From the NCBI GenBank assembly GCA_045803545.1, contig JBJMOW010000004.1:384001-448000 (forward strand): DNA of 64,000 nucleotides, given 5' to 3'. Positions 60,242 through 64,000 of the stretch are shown piece after piece. A program made the position numbers and the translations under genes. A model generated the notes under the pieces. The model was given only the letters and a program-made list of their open reading frames with translations, ran no database searches and was not told the origin of the DNA. The stretch comes from Gemmatimonadaceae bacterium (GTDB lineage: Bacteria > Gemmatimonadota > Gemmatimonadetes > Gemmatimonadales > Gemmatimonadaceae). Position 1 is the first letter of the stretch; each line of letters starts with the position of its first letter.

Positions 60242-61603
60242 ATGCCCCGCCATCGCGCCATCGTTGCCGACACTTCCGGTGCTACTGCTGAGGATATCCT
60301 CGAGCTGGCTACTGCCAACAATGTCCGGTTCCTACGGCTGCAGTTCACCGACATCCTCGGTATCAACAAAAACGTGGAGTTGCCGGCGTCGCAATTCGAG
60401 AAGGCGCTGGCTGGCGACATCATGTTCGACGGTTCCTCGATAGAAGGTTTTGTCAGGATCGAAGAGTCGGACATGTTGCTGATACCTGATTTCAGCACGT
60501 TTCAGATTTTCCCCTGGGGAGATGAAAAGAGCCGGGTTGCCAGACTTATCTGCGACATCAACACAACGGATGGCAAGCCCTTCGCCGGGGATCCGCGCTC
60601 AGTCCTGAAAAAAGTGATCGCTCGCGCCGCCAGGCTCGGATACACAATGAATGCCGGGATGGAAGCGGAGTTCTTCATGTTCAGGCCGCGGCCTGACGAA
60701 GGGCCATCGACGATTACGCATGATGTCGGGTCGTACTTCGATTTGGCACCTGCGGACCTCGGGGAAGATGCTCGTCGCGCCATTGTCGACGTTCTCGAGC
60801 GGATGGGGTTTGAGGTCGAGGCGGCGCATCACGAGGTTGCCCACGGCCAGCATGAGATTGATTTCCGTTACGCGGAAGCCCTGAAGACCGCCGACAACAT
60901 CACCACCTTCAGATTCGTGGTGAAATACGTAGCCCGAACCTTCGGGCTTACTGCGTCGTTCATGCCGAAGCCGATCTTCGGGCAAAACGGCAGCGGCATG
61001 CACACACATCAGTCGCTATTTCGCGGCAATGAGAATGCCTTCTGGGACGACCGCGCTGAGTGGGAGCTATCGCCGACAGCGCTGCATTACATCGGTGGTT
61101 TGTTGAAACATGCTCGCGGGTTCACCGCGATCACGAATCCCCTGGTGAACTCCTACAAGAGGCTCGTCCCCGGTTACGAAGCGCCGGTCAACGTTGCGTG
61201 GTCGATGCGAAACAGGTCACCGATGATTCGCATTCCAGACCGGCGCGGTCTGGGGACGCGAATTGAGCTAAGGATTCCGGATCCATCGGCGAATCCCTAC
61301 CTAGCTCTGGCAGTGCAGCTGGCGGCCGGGCTCGACGGCGTGGAGACGAAGGCTGACGCGCGCGAGCCGGTGAACACCAACATCTGGGAAATGTCGCATC
61401 GCGAGCGGCGGCGGCTGAGGATCGACGATCTGCCTCACAACCTCGAAGAAGCCTGTAATGAGCTGGAGAAAGACACGGTGATGACGGAGGCGCTCGGCGA
61501 GCACATCACCAATCACTTTCTGGCGGCGAAGCGCCAGGAGTGGCAGGAGTACATCAGTCAGGTTTCGCCGTGGGAGCTGGAGAATTATTTGGCGAAGTAT
61601 TAG
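60242..61603 (+). CDS. glnA: Glutamine synthetase type I (GSI-alpha)
   Basis: FDGSSIEGFVRIEESDM, HHEVA.GQHEI, MPKP..GQNGSGMH, KRLVPGYEAP, NRS..IRIP. Confidence 0.95.
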   Translation: MPRHRAIVADTSGATAEDILELATANNVRFLRLQFTDILGINKNVELPASQFEKALAGDIMFDGSSIEGFVRIEESDMLLIPDFSTFQIFPWGDEKSRVARLICDINTTDGKPFAGDPRSVLKKVIARAARLGYTMNAGMEAEFFMFRPRPDEGPSTITHDVGSYFDLAPADLGEDARRAIVDVLERMGFEVEAAHHEVAHGQHEIDFRYAEALKTADNITTFRFVVKYVARTFGLTASFMPKPIFGQNGSGMHTHQSLFRGNENAFWDDRAEWELSPTALHYIGGLLKHARGFTAITNPLVNSYKRLVPGYEAPVNVAWSMRNRSPMIRIPDRRGLGTRIELRIPDPSANPYLALAVQLAAGLDGVETKADAREPVNTNIWEMSHRERRRLRIDDLPHNLEEACNELEKDTVMTEALGEHITNHFLAAKRQEWQEYISQVSPWELENYLAKY

Positions 61604-61836
61604 CGGGAGGCGGGAAGCGGGAAGCGGTGACTGAGGCCCCAGGACTAACGGCATCGATGATTGCTGATTAAGTGAGGATTGCAGACAATCGAGGATCCTC
61701 GGTGGTTTTCGGTCGTCACTGAATCCTCGACGATCGATGCGGTTAGTCCTTGAGGCTCAGTTGGCCCTGCCGCTTCCCGCTTCCCGCTTCCCGCTTCCCG
61801 CTTCCCGCTTCCCGCTTCCCGCTTCCCGCTTCCCGC
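61603..61836. repeat. Long imperfect inverted repeat capped by heptamer (CCGCTTC/GAAGCGG) arrays
   Basis: Nine exact CCGCTTC units at 61770-61832, about 3 inverted units at 61603-61627, and symmetric stems in between. Confidence 0.9.
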
Positions 61837-61912
61837 CGAACGCCAGATCGACGACGGTGTATAACACTTTTCACTTTGCGAATACTTCAGAAGGGACGGG
61901 AGCACCACGACA

Positions 61913-62218
61913 ATGGAACCACGGATGGATTTTGACGGTGCCGGCGGCATCGATTTCAGTCGCCTCGAGCGAAGCCTAGCGCTCAAGGGCAACCGAGTTG
62001 GCGAAGGCATCTACCATTTTTCCGGCGGCGCCCAGGATCACTGGGTCGACCTCTACAACGCGCATCACCCGCGATGCGATTGCGGTGATCATCTATGGCG
62101 CGAGCGGATCTGCAAGCACATCCTCGCCGCGCTGATCAGGGAAGGAAATGAGAACGTGGTGCGTGCGCTCGGCGATGTCGTCGAGCGCTTGCGCACCACG
62201 CGGGAAGCAGCCGCTTGA
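61913..62218 (+). CDS. Small SWIM zinc-finger protein
   Basis: CDC...ICKH (CxC-xn-CxH). Confidence 0.8.
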   Translation: MEPRMDFDGAGGIDFSRLERSLALKGNRVGEGIYHFSGGAQDHWVDLYNAHHPRCDCGDHLWRERICKHILAALIREGNENVVRALGDVVERLRTTREAAA

Positions 62219-62245
62219 AGTACTACGGTCGGGTCGTCAGTTACG

Positions 62246-62491
62246 CTAACGACTCGACCGCTTTCTTCCGCCACCGGAGCGTTTTCTGCCGCCACGCTTG
62301 CGGGGAACTTTAGCTCCCTTTTTTCTCGCTTCCGACAAGCCGATTGCGATTGCCTGCTTCCGGCTCTTCACTCTCTTGCCACTGCGGCCCGATTTGAGAG
62401 TTCCCTTCTTACGACGACGCATCGCGCTTTCGACACGCTTTGACGCGGCCTTACCATAACGCTTGCGCCCGGATGATTTTCTTGCCGCCAT
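62246..62491 (-). CDS. Small basic protein (DUF6496-like)
   Basis: M...KKGTLKSGRSG..V.SRKQAIAIGLSEAR..G.KVP with R/K-rich tails. Confidence 0.8.
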   Translation of the reverse strand: MAARKSSGRKRYGKAASKRVESAMRRRKKGTLKSGRSGKRVKSRKQAIAIGLSEARKKGAKVPRKRGGRKRSGGGRKRSSR

Positions 62492-62582
62492 TGCGGTCCC
62501 CCTTTGATTGGTGCTGGTTCCCGTTCGACTGGCGCATGTTGTGCCATAGAACGGGTAATCCCTCGAACATCATTATCTGTAC

Positions 62583-62969
62583 ATGGCCAGTCGCACCGGT
62601 CTCGAAGCCGAAGCCATCACACGTTTAACCGACGGACTCCAGCCGCCGGGGGTTCGGGCAATTCTCGTGCAATGTCTGGCCGGGGAGGTCGCCCCGTCGT
62701 CCGCAATTTCACAAATGTTGCAGAGTGGTGGCGCGCTGACAGTTCGCGCGACGATCGATGAAGTCACACATCGCGCGGCGACACTCTCGCGTGCGAGCGA
62801 TCGTCTCGTCCAGGATCGCGTCGACGAGCTGACCCAGATTTTCGTCGAGCAGGTTGCTTCGATGGCGGATGTTAGTGACGGAATCAAACGCGCACCGAAT
62901 TCAGTCGCGCGTGGAACGGAATCGCCTCTCGGGTTCAACGAAGAGAACGCCGGCAACTCGCCTGAATAG
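62583..62969 (+). CDS. Hypothetical helical protein
   Basis: 128-aa ORF filling the gap; no recognisable motif. Confidence 0.5.
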   Translation: MASRTGLEAEAITRLTDGLQPPGVRAILVQCLAGEVAPSSAISQMLQSGGALTVRATIDEVTHRAATLSRASDRLVQDRVDELTQIFVEQVASMADVSDGIKRAPNSVARGTESPLGFNEENAGNSPE

Positions 62970-63007
62970 CGGGGCGGGACTGCGGTCCGCGCCGTACATT
63001 TCGCCAA

Positions 63008-64000
63008 ATGAGGGGGTTTTCCACGAGGATCGCGGTGCGCTCCGTGGTTGTCGGACTGACAATCGCGTGCGGCGATGCATCGGGGCCGCCAGCCAATCCA
63101 CCGGCAAACATCCTCGTCGTTTCGGGTGACGCGCAGGCGGGAATTCAGGTCGGCGGCAAGCTTCCGCTACCACTAACTGCGAAGGTAGTCGATACCGACG
63201 GCAACGCAGTTCCGCGCACGACAGTTACATGGAATACAAGTAGCGGTACGCTGAGCGCGGCTACAACAATCACCGACGGCCAAGGTCTCACTTCAGTCGA
63301 GTGGACTGTCGGCACAGCTTCCGGACAGCAGACAACGACGGCGAAAACCGCCGGACGTAGCGCGATCTTCAGCGAGCAGGTGGTCCCCGGTCCGTTGACC
63401 CAAGTCATCCTGTCGCGTGACACGGTGCGATTGCTCGGAATCGGCGATTCCTTCCGTTTGATTGCGCGCGCCGCTGATCAATATGGCAACTCTGTGCCGG
63501 TGCCGACTACAATTGCGGCAGCCGATACCTCGATCATCAGCGCCGACAATTTTGGTAACGGCGCAATTCTGACTGCGCGCGCGTCCGACAAGACAACGAC
63601 GCTTCAGGCGACTGCGGGTGGTGTTGCAAAGTCGGGAACGGTGATCGTCCTGCCGCCACCGTGTCAGGCCGGCGCCACAATCTCGGAACTAGCCGTCGGC
63701 GAACTCGCGGCCTTCAGTGGAGCGAATGCGTCAGAGTTCTGCGTTCAGGGAGCGGCTTCGGCCGCTGAGTTTGTCGCAATTCCGTACTACTCTGATTTCG
63801 CCGCCGGGCTGCTTCGCATCTCCATTGCGACCGGTGGCACAACCGTAGGCACGAGCGCAACCCGCGTTACAGCGCCAGCCTTTCAAACGAACGTCAGCAA
63901 TCAACGCGCTCAGCTAAAGCCCGACGATGCATTCGAGCTGAGTCTCAGAGAGCGGTCGATCAAAGAGCTGACGCCGCTCATTCCAGCGGCGCGAAAGGCG
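63008..64000 (+). CDS. Ig-like (Big_1-type) domain lipoprotein, truncated by window edge
   Basis: My translation starts MRGFSTRIAVRSVVVGLTIAC-GD...VSGDAQ.G...PL...V.D.DGN.VP...VTW. It is absent from the ORF track, consistent with no stop before 64000. Confidence 0.75.
   Translation, partial: MRGFSTRIAVRSVVVGLTIACGDASGPPANPPANILVVSGDAQAGIQVGGKLPLPLTAKVVDTDGNAVPRTTVTWNTSSGTLSAATTITDGQGLTSVEWTVGTASGQQTTTAKTAGRSAIFSEQVVPGPLTQVILSRDTVRLLGIGDSFRLIARAADQYGNSVPVPTTIAAADTSIISADNFGNGAILTARASDKTTTLQATAGGVAKSGTVIVLPPPCQAGATISELAVGELAAFSGANASEFCVQGAASAAEFVAIPYYSDFAAGLLRISIATGGTTVGTSATRVTAPAFQTNVSNQRAQLKPDDAFELSLRERSIKELTPLIPAARKA

Noticed and set aside
61770..61836. Possible CRISPR array
   Set aside because: Contiguous 7-bp units with no spacers and no cas genes; this is a simple tandem repeat.
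61645..62010. ORFs through the heptamer array (GKREAGS / LPASRFP repeats)
   Set aside because: They are translations of the DNA repeat, open in several frames and overlapping the SWIM gene.

Overview
This is a gene-dense, GC-rich bacterial chromosomal segment. The gene repertoire (many secreted peptidases, an Ig-like lipoprotein, futalosine-pathway mqnD, YggX) suggests Gemmatimonadota; this is my inference, not a database result. It holds about 60 CDS: a serine-metabolism-type operon, murB, an M16 peptidase pair, a blue-copper lipoprotein, ispG, two cold-shock genes, a divergent arginine cluster (argR-argG-argH / argC-argB-argD) with tandem ARG boxes, several hydrolases, an NrtR-like regulator, ku-ligD, an orphan plasmid-type replication initiator, cls, full-length lhr, an HK/HD-GYP pair coupled to mqnD, and divergent glutamine synthetases (type III and type I). 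I found no rRNA, tRNA, CRISPR array, transposase or phage genes. The most notable unexplained signals are: (i) three scattered K/R/S/G-rich histone- or protamine-like genes, one with an acidic region plus an AT-hook, which share sigma54-like -24/-12 motifs with ku-ligD and may form a nucleoid-protection regulon; (ii) a ~230-nt fold-back element capped by heptamer repeats right after glnA; (iii) a chromosomal Rep and a small unknown protein, each with a candidate sliding-clamp-binding motif; (iv) repeated leaderless-promoter signatures; (v) a perfect Rex/CRP-type palindrome upstream of the blue-copper gene. All calls are by eye from motifs and need computational confirmation.
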